The notes: generated by a model from the sequence alone, not told the origin. Counted from the first letter of the stretch, positions 9,480-20,888 are shown. The stretch: 64,000 bases of DNA from a bacterium (GCA_041640655.1 JBEPZV010000003.1:90369-154368); one strand, 5' to 3'. Numbers and translations: made by a program.

Positions 9480-11185
9480 AACCAGTGCACGTCGGCGCGA
9501 CTTCGGCGCGCGCGAATCTCCTCGGCCAGCATCGTTCGTTTGATCTTCAGCGAGGCTGTTCGCGGGAAGTCTCGATCCCAGACCAAGTACCCATGCACGC
9601 GCTTATAGTCCGGCAACCGCCGATTGCGCGCGAGCACGTCGCGGCGCACGGCCTCGGTGATCTCCTCCCCCGGAAACGGATGGAGGACCAGAACGAGCTG
9701 CTCATCCCCCAGGCGGCGCTCCGGCCAGATATAGTTCGCGGCGAAGATGCAGAACTCCTTCACTGCCAAGCCCTCGAAGAACGTCTCCACGTCTTCGGGG
9801 TAGATGTTCTTCCCCCCCTCGGTCACGATCATGTTCTTCTTCCGCCCGACCAGATGCAGGTGGCCCGTCTCGTCTATCCATCCGAGATCGCCCGTGAGCA
9901 GCCATCCGTCCACGATCGTCTCGGCCGTCAGCTCAGGATCGTCCAGATAGCCCGCCATCACATTCTTGCCGCGAACGGCGACTTCGCCGATCCCATCGGC
10001 ATCGGGGTTGAGGATCTTCACCTCCACGCCCGGCAGCGGTTTGCCCACCGTATCGGCGCGGAATGGCCGCAGATCGTTCACCGTGACGGCCGTGCACGCT
10101 TCCGTGAGCCCATAGCCATTGGCGACGGGAATGCCCAGATCGTAGAAGAATTGGAGCGTGGCGGGCTCGCTGAAGGCCCCGCCGACGATGAGCATCTCCA
10201 GATGCCCCCCGAAGGCGCGGTGGACGTCGGGGAAGAGCCGACGACTGAGCCGCACGTTCGGTCGCCGGCGCGTGAGCCACCGATTGAGCCGCATCAGGGC
10301 GCGAAGCGCCACGCGTTTGTGCGCGGGCAGGGCGGCGAAGCGCTCGCGCAAGCCTCGTTCGAGGTTCTTGAGGATCAGGGGGACGAGGCTCATGTGCGTG
10401 ATCTTGTAGCGCACGAAGGCCTCGCGAATATATTCGGGCCGGAGCGTGCGCAGGTGCACGACCGTCGCCCCGCAGACGAAGGGACCGATGAAGCCGACCA
10501 TGAAGTCAATGGCGTGATTCGTCGGCAGGATGCTCAGATACCGGACCTCGGGGGAGAAGGGGTAAATCGCGGTGAGCGAGCGGCACTGCTCCAGGTAATT
10601 CTCATGCGTGAGCAGGCATCCTTTCGGGCGCCCGCCCGTGCCCGAGGAATAGACGATGCAGGCGACGTCTTCTCGCCGACGCGGGACGAAGGTCGGCTCG
10701 CCCTCACCACGAAACTCCTCCCACCGCAGGGCTTCGCCCACGTCGGCCTCCGGCGGCGCTTCGGTCACCAGCACCAGGCGCAGCGGCAGTTCGTCGAGGC
10801 GCCCCTCCTGCCGAAGCGCGCGCCAGAAGGGGAACTCCGTGATGAGCACCGAGGCGCGCGCATGGCGGAGCAATGCCCAGTGCTCTCGAGCGCTCAGCTT
10901 GTAATCGAGGGGGACGAGCACCCCCCCGGCGTAAAAAATCGCATAGGCCGAGATCAGCCACTTCGATTGATTGGTCATGATGATGGCCGCGCGCTCATCG
11001 GGCGCGAACCCGTGCTCCTGGAGCGCGCGCGCCAGCGGCAGCGCCCGCTCCTGGAATTGCCGATAGGTCAGTCGGCAATTCTCCCGATCGCGGTCGGCCT
11101 CGATCAGGCAGACGTGATCGGCCCACCGCTGGAGCGCCTCGCGGAGCGCTTCGCCGAGCGATGCATAGTGCGACAGATCCAGCAT
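9476..11185 (-). CDS. Long-chain acyl-CoA/acyl-ACP synthetase (AMP-binding)
   Basis: [35 protein letters not shown]; overlaps both neighbours. Confidence 0.93.
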   Translation of the reverse strand: MLDLSHYASLGEALREALQRWADHVCLIEADRDRENCRLTYRQFQERALPLARALQEHGFAPDERAAIIMTNQSKWLISAYAIFYAGGVLVPLDYKLSAREHWALLRHARASVLITEFPFWRALRQEGRLDELPLRLVLVTEAPPEADVGEALRWEEFRGEGEPTFVPRRREDVACIVYSSGTGGRPKGCLLTHENYLEQCRSLTAIYPFSPEVRYLSILPTNHAIDFMVGFIGPFVCGATVVHLRTLRPEYIREAFVRYKITHMSLVPLILKNLERGLRERFAALPAHKRVALRALMRLNRWLTRRRPNVRLSRRLFPDVHRAFGGHLEMLIVGGAFSEPATLQFFYDLGIPVANGYGLTEACTAVTVNDLRPFRADTVGKPLPGVEVKILNPDADGIGEVAVRGKNVMAGYLDDPELTAETIVDGWLLTGDLGWIDETGHLHLVGRKKNMIVTEGGKNIYPEDVETFFEGLAVKEFCIFAANYIWPERRLGDEQLVLVLHPFPGEEITEAVRRDVLARNRRLPDYKRVHGYLVWDRDFPRTASLKIKRTMLAEEIRARRSRADVHWL

Positions 11186-11430
11186 CACAACCTCGCGTGA
11201 ATGCGCTCGGCCAGAGCCCGAAAGCTCGTCACTCCTTGCAACTCGTAATCCGGCAGCTCGATGCCGAAGTGATGCTCCAAACGCGTGAGCAGCTCCAGAG
11301 CCTGCAGGCTGTCAATCCGCAGCTTCTCGAAGAAGTCGTCATCGGGAGCGAGCTGCTCCCGCGGGACGCGAAAATGGCTCGCGGCCAGTTGGAGCAGCTC
11401 TTCGATGGTTTGTTCCACCGTTCGCCTCAT
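11185..11430 (-). CDS. Acyl carrier protein
   Basis: 81 aa acidic protein with [10 protein letters not shown] phosphopantetheine site. Confidence 0.9.
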   Translation of the reverse strand: MRRTVEQTIEELLQLAASHFRVPREQLAPDDDFFEKLRIDSLQALELLTRLEHHFGIELPDYELQGVTSFRALAERIHARL

Positions 11431-11461
11431 CCGAATTCCTCCTTCTCGCCGGGCGCGCCCC

Positions 11462-12460
11462 TCATCGCGCCGCATGCTTGCTCATCTCCCGCACATATCG
11501 CGCGATCTCCTCGTGCGTGGCGAACCACACGCCCGGCCGCTGCCGCATGTGTCGGATCAGCCGTTCGAGCATGACGATGCGCGAGCGGTGCCCGATGATG
11601 TGCGGATGCAGGGTGAGGATGAACAGCGTCCCTTCCGCGTACGCCTGATCGAACTCCGCGCGCCAGATCGAGAAGACCTCCTCCGGCGTCGTGTGCGGTC
11701 GAATGGCCGATTGCCGATCCATGCCGAAGTAGGGGTAATCGTCCAGGATCCACTCGACCGGCAGCTCGACAACCCCCGTCGGCGCGCCCTCCAGCACGAT
11801 CTCGTACGGACGATCGTCGGCCATGAGGCTGCTATCGTACAGCAAGCCGAACTCGCGGATGAGCTTCATCGTCGCCGGGCTGAGATCCCACGAGGGGGTG
11901 CGGATGCCCACCGGCCGACGTCCGGTGATCTGCTCCAGCGCTTCCAGGCTGCGACGCATCAGCTCCCGCTCCTCTTCCTCCGAGAGCAGGGAGTTTCGCT
12001 CGTGAATCCATCCGTGAAGGCCAATCTCATGGCGGCCGCGCGCGAGGATCTCTCGGACCGATTGGGGATGGAGCTTCGCGCTCATGGCCGGGATGAAGAA
12101 CGTCGCCGGAACCTGATACTCGTCCAGAAGGCGCAGAATGCGCGGCAGGCCCGCGCGCGCACCGTATTCGCCTTGAGCCATCAGGGCCGGGGAGGTCTGC
12201 CCGTCCCGCAGCGCGGGCGTCTCGTTGTCGAAGTCAAAGGAGAGGCCGACGGCGACGCGCGCGCCTGCGGGCCACTGCCGAGGTGTCAGATCACGTCCCG
12301 CGCGCACCCGTCGCGCGATCTCGAGGACTCGGCTCTCGGGCCATCTCCACGGAGGCTCCTGACGCGGAGATTCGGTCACGCGCCCTTCGCTCCACGGCCC
12401 GGCGAGCGCGAGTCCGGCCACAAGTCCCAGAAGCCGTGAGTGCCTCTTTCGAATCCTCAT
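11462..12460 (-). CDS. Polysaccharide deacetylase (CE4, PuuE/PgdA-like), likely exported
   Basis: SFDFD, ATFF, HEIGLHGWIHE, YDSS, LHPHIIG; signal-peptide-like N-terminus. Confidence 0.88.
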   Translation of the reverse strand: MRIRKRHSRLLGLVAGLALAGPWSEGRVTESPRQEPPWRWPESRVLEIARRVRAGRDLTPRQWPAGARVAVGLSFDFDNETPALRDGQTSPALMAQGEYGARAGLPRILRLLDEYQVPATFFIPAMSAKLHPQSVREILARGRHEIGLHGWIHERNSLLSEEEERELMRRSLEALEQITGRRPVGIRTPSWDLSPATMKLIREFGLLYDSSLMADDRPYEIVLEGAPTGVVELPVEWILDDYPYFGMDRQSAIRPHTTPEEVFSIWRAEFDQAYAEGTLFILTLHPHIIGHRSRIVMLERLIRHMRQRPGVWFATHEEIARYVREMSKHAAR

Positions 12461-12544
12461 CCTCACTCCTCCTCGAGCGCTCCTCGCCGACAGAGAGGAG
12501 GCGCTCCGGGTGGTCTGCAGTCGGCCAAGGGACATGGTGCGGCT

Positions 12545-13570
12545 TCATGGGGTTCCCATCAGCTCCATCGGCCGCTGCTGCTGCCTCCACTTTCGCAGGA
12601 AGCGCCCGAAGACGCCGTTCCACGGCGGGATCACGATCGAGACCGCGCCGAACGCCCGCGCCTGGCAGGCCAGGCGGATGATGGGCTTCGGCTCCTCCGT
12701 CTCGATGTATCCGAATTCGCGCAGACGCCGCCGCTCATATTCCTCCATCTCGGAGAGCTTCTCCGCACCGCCCAATATCCCCACCCAGCACGACCCGCAA
12801 GAGCCGGACCGGCATTGCACGGGGATCGGCCCCTCATGGGGCACGCATCGCGGATCGCGCAGATGATGCGGGCGCTTATCCTGAGCCGCCGCCGTCGTCA
12901 GATGCTGGCGGTTGATCAGGCGGAATGTCGCCTCAGGGTCGTTCTCGTCGAAGGTGATCGTCCACACTTTGTCCGGATACTTCCACCAGTAGAAGAGGCT
13001 CTGGCGATCATCGCGCGCGCGACGGGCGAGCACCTCGTCCGGCGTTCGCACAAGCGTCCGCGGATCGAGCGCGATTGTCCCGGGAGTGGCCCGAAAGGCC
13101 TCCAGACCGACTTGCTCCACCGTCATGAAGGCCACGGCCGTGATCCCCAGAGTGAGCGAGGGCTCCAGGCGTCGCTCCTCGGCCACCACGGCGGCGACCT
13201 CGCGAATGTGAGCCGCCAGATCCATACGCTCCGGCGCACGCGTCCGATGAGCGTAGGCGATGAGCGCGCGCTTCACCTCGGGCCAGTATCGGTGGCCATA
13301 GAGGAACCGATGCGAAGAATCAATCTGATCGGCCAGCCGATATTTCCCCTCGAGGAAGAGTTGCTGGGCCAGAGCTGCTGGGTCCTCCGCTTCTTGGAGC
13401 GCCCGCGCGAGCGCCAGCGGGAAGAAATGAAACCAAATGCGCGTGGCCGTGCGATCCACTTCGTGAATGTGTGGCTCAAGCTGCGCCAGAGCACGCTGCC
13501 ACGCCTCCTCATCCTGCTGATTCAAGAACGCTTCGAAGAGTCGGCCACCATCAGCTCCCATACGCCCCAT
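12545..13570 (-). CDS. Unknown N-terminal domain fused to C-terminal 2Fe-2S ferredoxin
   Basis: CRSGSCGSC...RLACQ ferredoxin Cys pattern in the last ~100 aa. Confidence 0.8.
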   Translation of the reverse strand: MGRMGADGGRLFEAFLNQQDEEAWQRALAQLEPHIHEVDRTATRIWFHFFPLALARALQEAEDPAALAQQLFLEGKYRLADQIDSSHRFLYGHRYWPEVKRALIAYAHRTRAPERMDLAAHIREVAAVVAEERRLEPSLTLGITAVAFMTVEQVGLEAFRATPGTIALDPRTLVRTPDEVLARRARDDRQSLFYWWKYPDKVWTITFDENDPEATFRLINRQHLTTAAAQDKRPHHLRDPRCVPHEGPIPVQCRSGSCGSCWVGILGGAEKLSEMEEYERRRLREFGYIETEEPKPIIRLACQARAFGAVSIVIPPWNGVFGRFLRKWRQQQRPMELMGTP

Positions 13571-13633
13571 CCTTTCAGAAGCACAATCTCCTGGGGGCTC
13601 CGCCGAGCCCCAGCCCCTCAGCCGACGCGAGCT

Positions 13634-13662
13634 ATTTTAGCAAGAGGCCACCGTTGACTCAA
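13634..13662 (-). promoter_or_regulatory. Sigma70-type promoter for the leftward arm of the lipid cluster
   Basis: TTGAGT-17 nt-TAAAAT with extended -10 TG. Confidence 0.55.
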
Positions 13663-13698
13663 AATTCTCCTTCCGCACCGTCTTCCCCAGGACGCGAC

Positions 13699-13923
13699 TC
13701 ACCGCATGCCGAGCAAGTCTCGGGCATCGTAGTCGCAGATGAGCCCGTCCGGGTCCTGATGCTCATACGCTTCGCGGTCCACCCAGACTTGAATCCGCCC
13801 ATTCTCGGCGACGCACACGATTCGATCCCGGTGCACATATCGGCCGGTGAGCTGCCCGTACTCGTTGAAGATCCACCCCGGAATCAAGTGTTGGACCGCG
13901 CGAAAATCAATGATCATCGCCAT
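13699..13923 (-). CDS. Small hypothetical protein (74 aa)
   Basis: MAMIIDFRAVQHLIPGW...; protein-like composition, purine-rich upstream, fills intergenic gap. Confidence 0.5.
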   Translation of the reverse strand: MAMIIDFRAVQHLIPGWIFNEYGQLTGRYVHRDRIVCVAENGRIQVWVDREAYEHQDPDGLICDYDARDLLGMR

Positions 13924-14057
13924 GCCCCCTACTGAATGATCGCCAAGTCCGATGGCGGAGAGGATACCCTCTGCGGCGCACATCGGCCAATTGTAGGCGA
14001 AGCGGCCGCTTCTGGCCAGAGGGGAGGCCGGGCCGAGGCAGCTCCCTTACCCCGGCT

Positions 14058-14085
14058 TTGATTCTCTGTCAAACTTTGCTATACT
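14058..14085 (+). promoter_or_regulatory. Sigma70-type promoter for the rightward arm of the lipid cluster
   Basis: TTGATT-16 nt-TATACT with extended -10 TG. Confidence 0.55.
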
Positions 14086-14104
14086 GTGGGCCGATCTCAG
14101 GGGC

Positions 14105-16495
14105 ATGGTCGGGGGAGTTGAGAGCGGGACAGGTGTAGCGTCGCTGGACTGGCGTATGGCAGAGGAGCACACGGCGCACAAGGCGGCCATCCCGAGGGAT
14201 GGGATCTTCTGGCGCGTGGAGGGGAGTCTGCTGAATCTGAGCGCCGTGCGGCCGATCGCCTTCTTCACGTGGAACGCGCAAAGCTTTTCCGAGCGGTGGA
14301 TGCGGCGCTTGGGCTTGGCCCTCTCAGCCCTGATTCGTCCGGTTCTCTATGCGACCGATCGCGTCCTGGCCACGCGCCTCTTGCATGCCCTGTTGCGGGG
14401 CATCAGCCGAGATCGCCTCGACTTGCTCGGGGAGGAGTACTTCCACTATACGCTCAAGCCGCGACTGAATCCGGCGGCTGTCGCTCGTCTGCGGGAGGTC
14501 GCGGCTGGCGGCGAGCCGATTGTCTTGGTGAGCCAGGCTCTGGATCATGTGCTGCGCCCTCTGGCGCGGCATCTCGGCGTCGAATACATCCTCGCCAATC
14601 GGTTGGAATTTCGAGACGGGTTGGCGACCGGGCGATTGCTCGAGCCGGTGATTCGTCCGCGCGGGGGATTGGCACGGCTGCGACCCCTGAGGGCCGACCA
14701 GCGCCTCACATTGGAGGAGCTGTGCCGTGATCTCGTGCTCTCGCCTGAGACGATTCGGCACGCCATCGTCCCAGCGCGTCGAGAGGGGGACACGCCGCCT
14801 GCGCCCGCGCGCGTCGTCTTCTTCCGAACTCCGAGGCCTGTGGGGCGCCTCTCGGTTCGCGAGACGCTCGCGGGCCGTCATATTTTGCTCATCGGGGGGA
14901 CGGGGTTTATCGGGAAGGTGTGGCTGGCCAAGGTCTTGAAGGACCTGCCCGAGATCGGGCGGATTTATCTGCTCATCCGTCCTCATCGTTCGACTTCGGC
15001 GCAGCAGCGCTTCGAGGCATTGCTGGAAGATTCCCCGGTCTTCGAGCCGCTCTCTCAGCGTTATGGGAGCGACGTCCGACGGTACGTGAGCGAGCGGGTC
15101 GAGGTCATCGCTGGGGACATCACCCAGCCCGGTTTGGGGATGGATCTCGAGACGCGCGCGCGCTTGCAGCGCACGCTCGATCTGGTGATCAACTGCTCAG
15201 GATTGACCGATTTCAATCCCGATCTCCGCGATGCGCTGGCGATCAATGTGGAAGGGACGCTGCATGTGCTCGAGTTCATGCGCGGATGCGATCGCGCGGC
15301 GCTCTTGCATCTCTCGACCTGTTACGTCGTCGGGTATCGGGATGGATGTATTCCGGAAGTCCCCGTGCCGAATTATACCCCCCGCGGGGCGGCCGACTTC
15401 GATGCCGAGCGAGAGCGTCAGGCGCTCCATGCGCTCGTGCGTGAGATCGAGGCGCTCGCTGAGAGCCCGGAAGTCACCGAGCAACTGCGGCGGCAAGCAT
15501 TGGAGAGAGCCCGTGAGGCTCAGGATGCCAGCGTGTCCGGACTGGAGACGCGCCTGCGCCGCTATCGGCTGCGCTGGATTCGCAATCAGCTCGTGGAGGC
15601 CGGCATGCGCCGAGCGCAGCAGTGGGGATGGCCCAATACCTACACGTTCACCAAGAGCCTGGGCGAGTCGCTACTGTTCACGCTCGGCGCGGATCTGCCT
15701 ATCGCCGTCGTGCGCCCCTCGATCGTTGAGAGCTCGCTCGCGGAGCCATTCCGAGGCTGGAACGAAGGCGTGAACACCTCGGCGCCGATCTCCTATCTGT
15801 TGGGGACGTACTTCCGGCAGCTCCCATCCAATCAATGGAAGCGCTTGGACATCATCCCCGTGGATCTGGTCGTGCGCGGGATGATCCTGATCGCCGCTGC
15901 CCTCTGTCGGCGATGTCACGAGCGCGTCTATCATCTGGCGACCTCCATGCGCAATCCCTGCAATATGCGGCGCTCGATCGAGCTGACGGGCTTGGCCCAT
16001 CGCAAGTTCTATCGCGCCCAGCGGGAGCTGGAATATCGGCTGCGCGCGCTCTTCGATCCCATCCCGGTCTCCAAGGAACGATACGAGCGGCTCTCGGTCC
16101 CCAGCCAGAAGGCCCTCATTCAAACGCTGCAACGGCTCAGTGCGCCGCTGCCCTTCGTGCAGCCACCGCTTCTGCGCAAGGAGCGCGATCTGGATCGGGT
16201 GGAGAAGCTGATCGAGCTGTATGAGCCGTTCATCCTTCACAACGAGCACGTCTTCGAGGCCACTCACATCGAGTGGCTTCAGGCCGCGCTCCCGCCAGAG
16301 GAGCGCGAGGCGTTCGGATACGACGTCACGGGGATTGACTGGTGGGAATATTGGATCAACGTCCACATTCCGGCCCTTCGCCGGTGGTCGTATCCCTTGA
16401 TCGAGGGGCGTCCTCTTGAGGAGTCCTCGCGGCGCGCCTCTCGCTCCTGGACCCGTTCGAGCATGGGGGCGGCCGCCGGATCTTCAGGCGACTGA
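14105..16495 (+). CDS. Degenerate HAD-IB domain fused to fatty acyl-CoA reductase (NAD_binding_4/male-sterility type)
   Basis: N-term SerB-like LVSQ...LARHLG...[16 protein letters not shown]-term [42 protein letters not shown]. Confidence 0.88.
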   Translation: MVGGVESGTGVASLDWRMAEEHTAHKAAIPRDGIFWRVEGSLLNLSAVRPIAFFTWNAQSFSERWMRRLGLALSALIRPVLYATDRVLATRLLHALLRGISRDRLDLLGEEYFHYTLKPRLNPAAVARLREVAAGGEPIVLVSQALDHVLRPLARHLGVEYILANRLEFRDGLATGRLLEPVIRPRGGLARLRPLRADQRLTLEELCRDLVLSPETIRHAIVPARREGDTPPAPARVVFFRTPRPVGRLSVRETLAGRHILLIGGTGFIGKVWLAKVLKDLPEIGRIYLLIRPHRSTSAQQRFEALLEDSPVFEPLSQRYGSDVRRYVSERVEVIAGDITQPGLGMDLETRARLQRTLDLVINCSGLTDFNPDLRDALAINVEGTLHVLEFMRGCDRAALLHLSTCYVVGYRDGCIPEVPVPNYTPRGAADFDAERERQALHALVREIEALAESPEVTEQLRRQALERAREAQDASVSGLETRLRRYRLRWIRNQLVEAGMRRAQQWGWPNTYTFTKSLGESLLFTLGADLPIAVVRPSIVESSLAEPFRGWNEGVNTSAPISYLLGTYFRQLPSNQWKRLDIIPVDLVVRGMILIAAALCRRCHERVYHLATSMRNPCNMRRSIELTGLAHRKFYRAQRELEYRLRALFDPIPVSKERYERLSVPSQKALIQTLQRLSAPLPFVQPPLLRKERDLDRVEKLIELYEPFILHNEHVFEATHIEWLQAALPPEEREAFGYDVTGIDWWEYWINVHIPALRRWSYPLIEGRPLEESSRRASRSWTRSSMGAAAGSSGD

Positions 16496-16509
16496 ACCCG
16501 CAAACCGCG

Positions 16510-17688
16510 ATGGCCATCACGATCACGGGAGCGACGGGATATATCGGCGCTCATGTCACGGCGCTGTTGCTGGAGCGCTCGGCGGAGCCGCTGGCGCTGC
16601 TGGTGCGCGCGAAGGGGCCGGAGGACGCCGCCCGGCGCCTCTGGCAAGCGCTTCAGCTTCATCTGGAATTCCCCGCCTTCTACGAGTATCTCCACACCCG
16701 CGTGACGCTCTATGTGGGCGATCTTACGGAACCCCGATTGGGGCTCCCGGAGGCGGAGTACCGGCGGCTGGTGCGCGCGACGGATTCGATCATCCATTGC
16801 GCGGCCTCCCTCAATCGGCGATCCGAACGCAGCTGCTTGAACGTCAATCTCCGAGGCACGCTCGAGGTCATCAAGCTCGCCCGGGCGGCCCACGAGGATC
16901 ATGGAGTGCGCCGCTTCAGCCACGTGAGCACCGTCGCCGTCGCCGGCCATCGCCGGAACGAGATCGTGCGCGAGGATGAGGCCATTGATTGGAACCGCCC
17001 GGATTACGATCCCTACGCGCGGACGAAGAAGTTCTGCGAGCACATGATCCGGGAGCTGCTGCCTGATGTCCCGCGCACGATCTTTCGGCCGAGCATCGTG
17101 CTCGGGGATAGCCGCTATGGGGCCACCACGCAATTCGATATGGTGCGCGCCTTCGTCTTCCTGGCCAGCCTCCCCGTCTTGCCCTTCCGTCCGGACGATC
17201 GCGTGGATATCGTGCCGGTGGACTTCGTCGCCGACGCCATCGTCGCGCTCCATCAGAAGGAGCGGCCGAGATACGAGACGTATCATCTCTCGGCCGGCGT
17301 GGGCTCGCAGACCTTCCGCCAACTGACCGACGCGCTGGCCCGCGCGCGGGGGCGTCCGCGGCCGATCTATCTCCCCGCATTGGAGCGTCCGTTCACGGCC
17401 CTGGTGAATTGGCTCGCCGAGCGCCGCGGGACGACGATCGGGTATGTGGCGTCGCTGCTCAAGGTCTTCATGCCCTATTTGGTCTGGAATACCGTCTTCG
17501 ACAACACGCGCGTGGTGGAGGAGCTGGGGCGCACGCCGCCGCCTTTCTCCGAGTATTGCTATCCGCTCTACGTCTTCAGCACGACGCATCGCTTCAGCTA
17601 TCCGTACACGGCGTGGCCGGAGGACGTCACAGCGCGCGCGACGAGCATCTCGGCGCCGCCACTTCGCCGATCGGAGGGCGGGATATGA
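16510..17688 (+). CDS. Extended SDR / thioester-reductase-like NAD(P)-dependent oxidoreductase
   Basis: [24 protein letters not shown] (YxxxK), RPSIV. Confidence 0.88.
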   Translation: MAITITGATGYIGAHVTALLLERSAEPLALLVRAKGPEDAARRLWQALQLHLEFPAFYEYLHTRVTLYVGDLTEPRLGLPEAEYRRLVRATDSIIHCAASLNRRSERSCLNVNLRGTLEVIKLARAAHEDHGVRRFSHVSTVAVAGHRRNEIVREDEAIDWNRPDYDPYARTKKFCEHMIRELLPDVPRTIFRPSIVLGDSRYGATTQFDMVRAFVFLASLPVLPFRPDDRVDIVPVDFVADAIVALHQKERPRYETYHLSAGVGSQTFRQLTDALARARGRPRPIYLPALERPFTALVNWLAERRGTTIGYVASLLKVFMPYLVWNTVFDNTRVVEELGRTPPPFSEYCYPLYVFSTTHRFSYPYTAWPEDVTARATSISAPPLRRSEGGI

Positions 17689-19142
17689 TGGACCTGATCC
17701 TCGAACTCTGGGTGGGCGCGACGATCGAATGGAACAAGCTGCAGTGGATCCTCGGGTTCGGCGACCGATGGCGACCCGGACGGAAGCTGCGACTCCTGTT
17801 CGCCGGATATAACGGCGCGCGGAACACCGGCGCTGACGTGCGCGTCCAGGAGATGGTGCGGCAGATTCGACATATCCTCGGGGAGGAGAACGTCCACCTG
17901 AGCGTCATGACGCAGAATTTCGAGCTGACACGCGGGTACTTTCCCGGCGCGCAGCAGATCAAGCTCCCCGACGTCTTCCCCCCCATGCTCGCGCGCGAGG
18001 TTCCCAAGTACGACGGCGTCATCGCCTGCGAGGGCTCGATGTTCAAGAGCAAATTCGCCAACGCCCTCACGACGATGATGGTGGGCGCGCTCGGCATCGC
18101 CTCGGCGCGCAATCGTCTCTCGATCGGCTACGGAGCCGAAGCCGGTGATATGGATCCGTTTTTGGCGCGCCTGGTTCGCCGCTACTGTCGGCACTCGCTC
18201 GTCATCACGCGGAACGAAGAATCGCGCGCGATCCTGAACCGGCTGGGCATCCCAACAGAGCTCGGCACAGATACCGCCTGGACCTTCGAGCCCCTCGGCC
18301 CGGAATACGGACGCGCCGTCCTGCGCGAAGCCGGATGGGATGAGCGGCGTCCGGTGCTCATCGTCTGTCCGATCAATCCCTACTGGTGGCCCGTGAAACC
18401 CTCGCTGTGGAAATATGCGGTCCATGCCCTCACGGGCGCCTATCGGGAGAGCCATTATCGCACGATCTACTTCCATCGCTGGGGGCCGGACGTGGTCGCG
18501 CGCTATGAGCGGTATCTTGCGGCCCTGGCGGAGGCCATTCGAGCTTTCCGAGAGCGCAGCGGCGTCTTCCCCGTTCTGGTCGCGATGGAGATGCTCGATC
18601 GCGATGCCTGCCATCGCCTCTCCACGCGCTTGGGCGGCGTCCCCGTCTTCACGTCCGAGCACTACGACATGTACCAGCTGGTGAGCATCCTCCGGTGCGG
18701 TCATTTCATGGTCTCGTCCCGATATCACGGGATCGTGTGCAGCATGCCGGCCGGCGTCGTCTCCGCTGGCGTCACCATGGACGAGCGCATCCGGAACCTC
18801 ATGCACGAACGCGGCCATGCTCATCTGTTCCTGGAAGTGGACGATCCGGAGCTGGCGGAGAAGCTGCTCGCCGTCCTCACGACGCTTCAGAGCGAGCAAG
18901 AGGCCATTCGAGAAGACATCTGGCGGACGGTCGTTCGGAATCTCAAGCTCATGGCCCGCATGGGCGTCCACTTCGAGGAGTACCTCCATCGGTGCTATCC
19001 GGAGTTCCCTGTGCGTCGAGGATTCCTCTCCTGGGAGGACTACCTGCCGCCGCTCGGCCAGACCTTGCGCCGATTGCTTGAGGAGTACGATGTGGAGGAG
19101 CCCACAGGCGCTCGCGAGACTTCTCGAGAGATGTCTTCCTAA
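17685..19142 (+). CDS. Polysaccharide pyruvyl transferase family protein
   Basis: [29 protein letters not shown] motifs of the CsaB/WcaK family; ATGA overlap with SDR. Confidence 0.8.
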   Translation: MMDLILELWVGATIEWNKLQWILGFGDRWRPGRKLRLLFAGYNGARNTGADVRVQEMVRQIRHILGEENVHLSVMTQNFELTRGYFPGAQQIKLPDVFPPMLAREVPKYDGVIACEGSMFKSKFANALTTMMVGALGIASARNRLSIGYGAEAGDMDPFLARLVRRYCRHSLVITRNEESRAILNRLGIPTELGTDTAWTFEPLGPEYGRAVLREAGWDERRPVLIVCPINPYWWPVKPSLWKYAVHALTGAYRESHYRTIYFHRWGPDVVARYERYLAALAEAIRAFRERSGVFPVLVAMEMLDRDACHRLSTRLGGVPVFTSEHYDMYQLVSILRCGHFMVSSRYHGIVCSMPAGVVSAGVTMDERIRNLMHERGHAHLFLEVDDPELAEKLLAVLTTLQSEQEAIREDIWRTVVRNLKLMARMGVHFEEYLHRCYPEFPVRRGFLSWEDYLPPLGQTLRRLLEEYDVEEPTGARETSREMSS

Positions 19143-19244
19143 GGCCTGGCGGGTGCGAAGGCCAAGAGCGAACAGCTCGGGTCAACACGGAGAGCACCCG
19201 CGCGTCCGAAGGCTTCGAATCTTCGCCGGGGAGGGCGAGCCGGG

Positions 19245-20888
19245 ATGAATTTCCTTGACGCCATCTTCCACCACCTGAGGGAAGCTGCGGAGCGTCCGGT
19301 GCTCCAAGAAGTGCACCCGGAGGGCGTCCGCTCGGTGACCGGCGCGGAACTCCTGGCTCTGGTTCGCACGGCCCGCGCCTACGTGCGTCGTCAGGGCGTG
19401 CGGCCGGGCGATCGGTGCGCGCTGCTGGCGCCCAATAGCATTCGCTGGGTCGCACTCGATCTCGCCCTCATGGCCGAGGGGATCATCGTCGTTCCGCTCT
19501 ACGTGCGCCAGACACCGGCGGAGCTGGTCCACATCATGAAGGATTGTTCGCCTGTACTCCTCTGCTGCGAGGGCGACGAGCTTCGCGATCGCTTGCGCGC
19601 TCTGTGGCCGGAAGCCCCGCCCATGCCCTCCTGGGAGGAGATCTTCGCGCCATACCCCTCGAGCGACTCGATCCCCGATGCGCCCATCCCGCGCGCCGAT
19701 TCGGACCCGGTGACGATCATCTATACATCGGGCACATCGGGCGATCCCAAGGGCGTCGTCCTCACCGTGGGGAATGTCACCTTCATGCTACCGCACACGC
19801 ACGAGCGGCTCGATCGGCTCATGGGGCGCCGACGCGAGCCCGAGCGCGTCTTCCACTACTTGCCCTTCTGCTTCGCCGGTTCGTGGATTCTCCTGCTGAC
19901 CTGCCTCTCGCGATCGAGCGTGCTCGCGCTCTCGACGGATCTCGCTCGACTTCGTGAGGAGATGACGCAGGTTCGCCCCCATTATTTCTTGAACGTCCCC
20001 GTGTTGCTTGAGCGCATGCGCGCCGGGATCGAAGAGCGCATGCGACACGCGAACCGTCTCGTGCGCGCGCTCTTTGAGCGAGGGAAGACGGCCTGGCAAC
20101 ACCACTTCGAGGGACGCGCCGATTTTCGAGATCGCCTCTGGTTGACTCTGGCGCGCCCGCTCTTCCGCGGGATTCGCCAGCAGCTCGGTCCGCGACTTGT
20201 GGCCCTCATCTGCGGTTCGGCGCCGCTTCGCCTGGAGACCCAGCTCTTCTTCATGATGCTCGACATCCCCGTCCTGCAAGTCTACGGCCTCACCGAGACG
20301 ACGGCCATCTGCACGATGGATGATCCGCACGACTTCACGCCCGGTCGGGTCGGCCGCGCGATCCCCGGCGTCCAGATGAGGCTCGCCCCGAACGGCGAGA
20401 TCCTCGTGCGCGGCCCGAACGTCTTCCCCGGATACTGGAATCGTCCCGAGGCGACCGCGCAGGCGTTTCGCGACGGTTGGTTCTGCACGGGAGACCATGG
20501 TGAGGTGGATGAGACGGGAAAGTGGAGCATCCTCGGACGCGTCAAGCATCTGATCGTCCTCAGCTCCGGTCACAACGTCCCTCCCGAGCCGCTGGAGGAC
20601 ATGGTGCTTCGCGCCCTTCCCGGTGCCCAACACGTCGTCCTCGTCGGACACGGACGCCCGCATCTGGCCGCTCTGATCACCGGAGCGGTCACGGGCGAGC
20701 AAGTCGAAGCCGCCCTGGAATCGCTCAATGCCCAGCTCCCACACTACAAGCGCATTCGCGCGTATACGATCCTCCCTGAACCCCTCACCGTCGAGAACGG
20801 GTTGCTGACGGCCAATGGCAAGCTGCGCCGAGAGGCGATCCTCGCGCGCTTTCACGCGGAGATCGAGCGCCTGTATGCGAAGGCCTGA
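19245..20888 (+). CDS. Long-chain-fatty-acid--CoA ligase (AMP-binding)
   Basis: YTSGTSGDPKG, YGLTET, TGD, GRVKH, LLTANGKLRR. Confidence 0.92.
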   Translation: MNFLDAIFHHLREAAERPVLQEVHPEGVRSVTGAELLALVRTARAYVRRQGVRPGDRCALLAPNSIRWVALDLALMAEGIIVVPLYVRQTPAELVHIMKDCSPVLLCCEGDELRDRLRALWPEAPPMPSWEEIFAPYPSSDSIPDAPIPRADSDPVTIIYTSGTSGDPKGVVLTVGNVTFMLPHTHERLDRLMGRRREPERVFHYLPFCFAGSWILLLTCLSRSSVLALSTDLARLREEMTQVRPHYFLNVPVLLERMRAGIEERMRHANRLVRALFERGKTAWQHHFEGRADFRDRLWLTLARPLFRGIRQQLGPRLVALICGSAPLRLETQLFFMMLDIPVLQVYGLTETTAICTMDDPHDFTPGRVGRAIPGVQMRLAPNGEILVRGPNVFPGYWNRPEATAQAFRDGWFCTGDHGEVDETGKWSILGRVKHLIVLSSGHNVPPEPLEDMVLRALPGAQHVVLVGHGRPHLAALITGAVTGEQVEAALESLNAQLPHYKRIRAYTILPEPLTVENGLLTANGKLRREAILARFHAEIERLYAKA

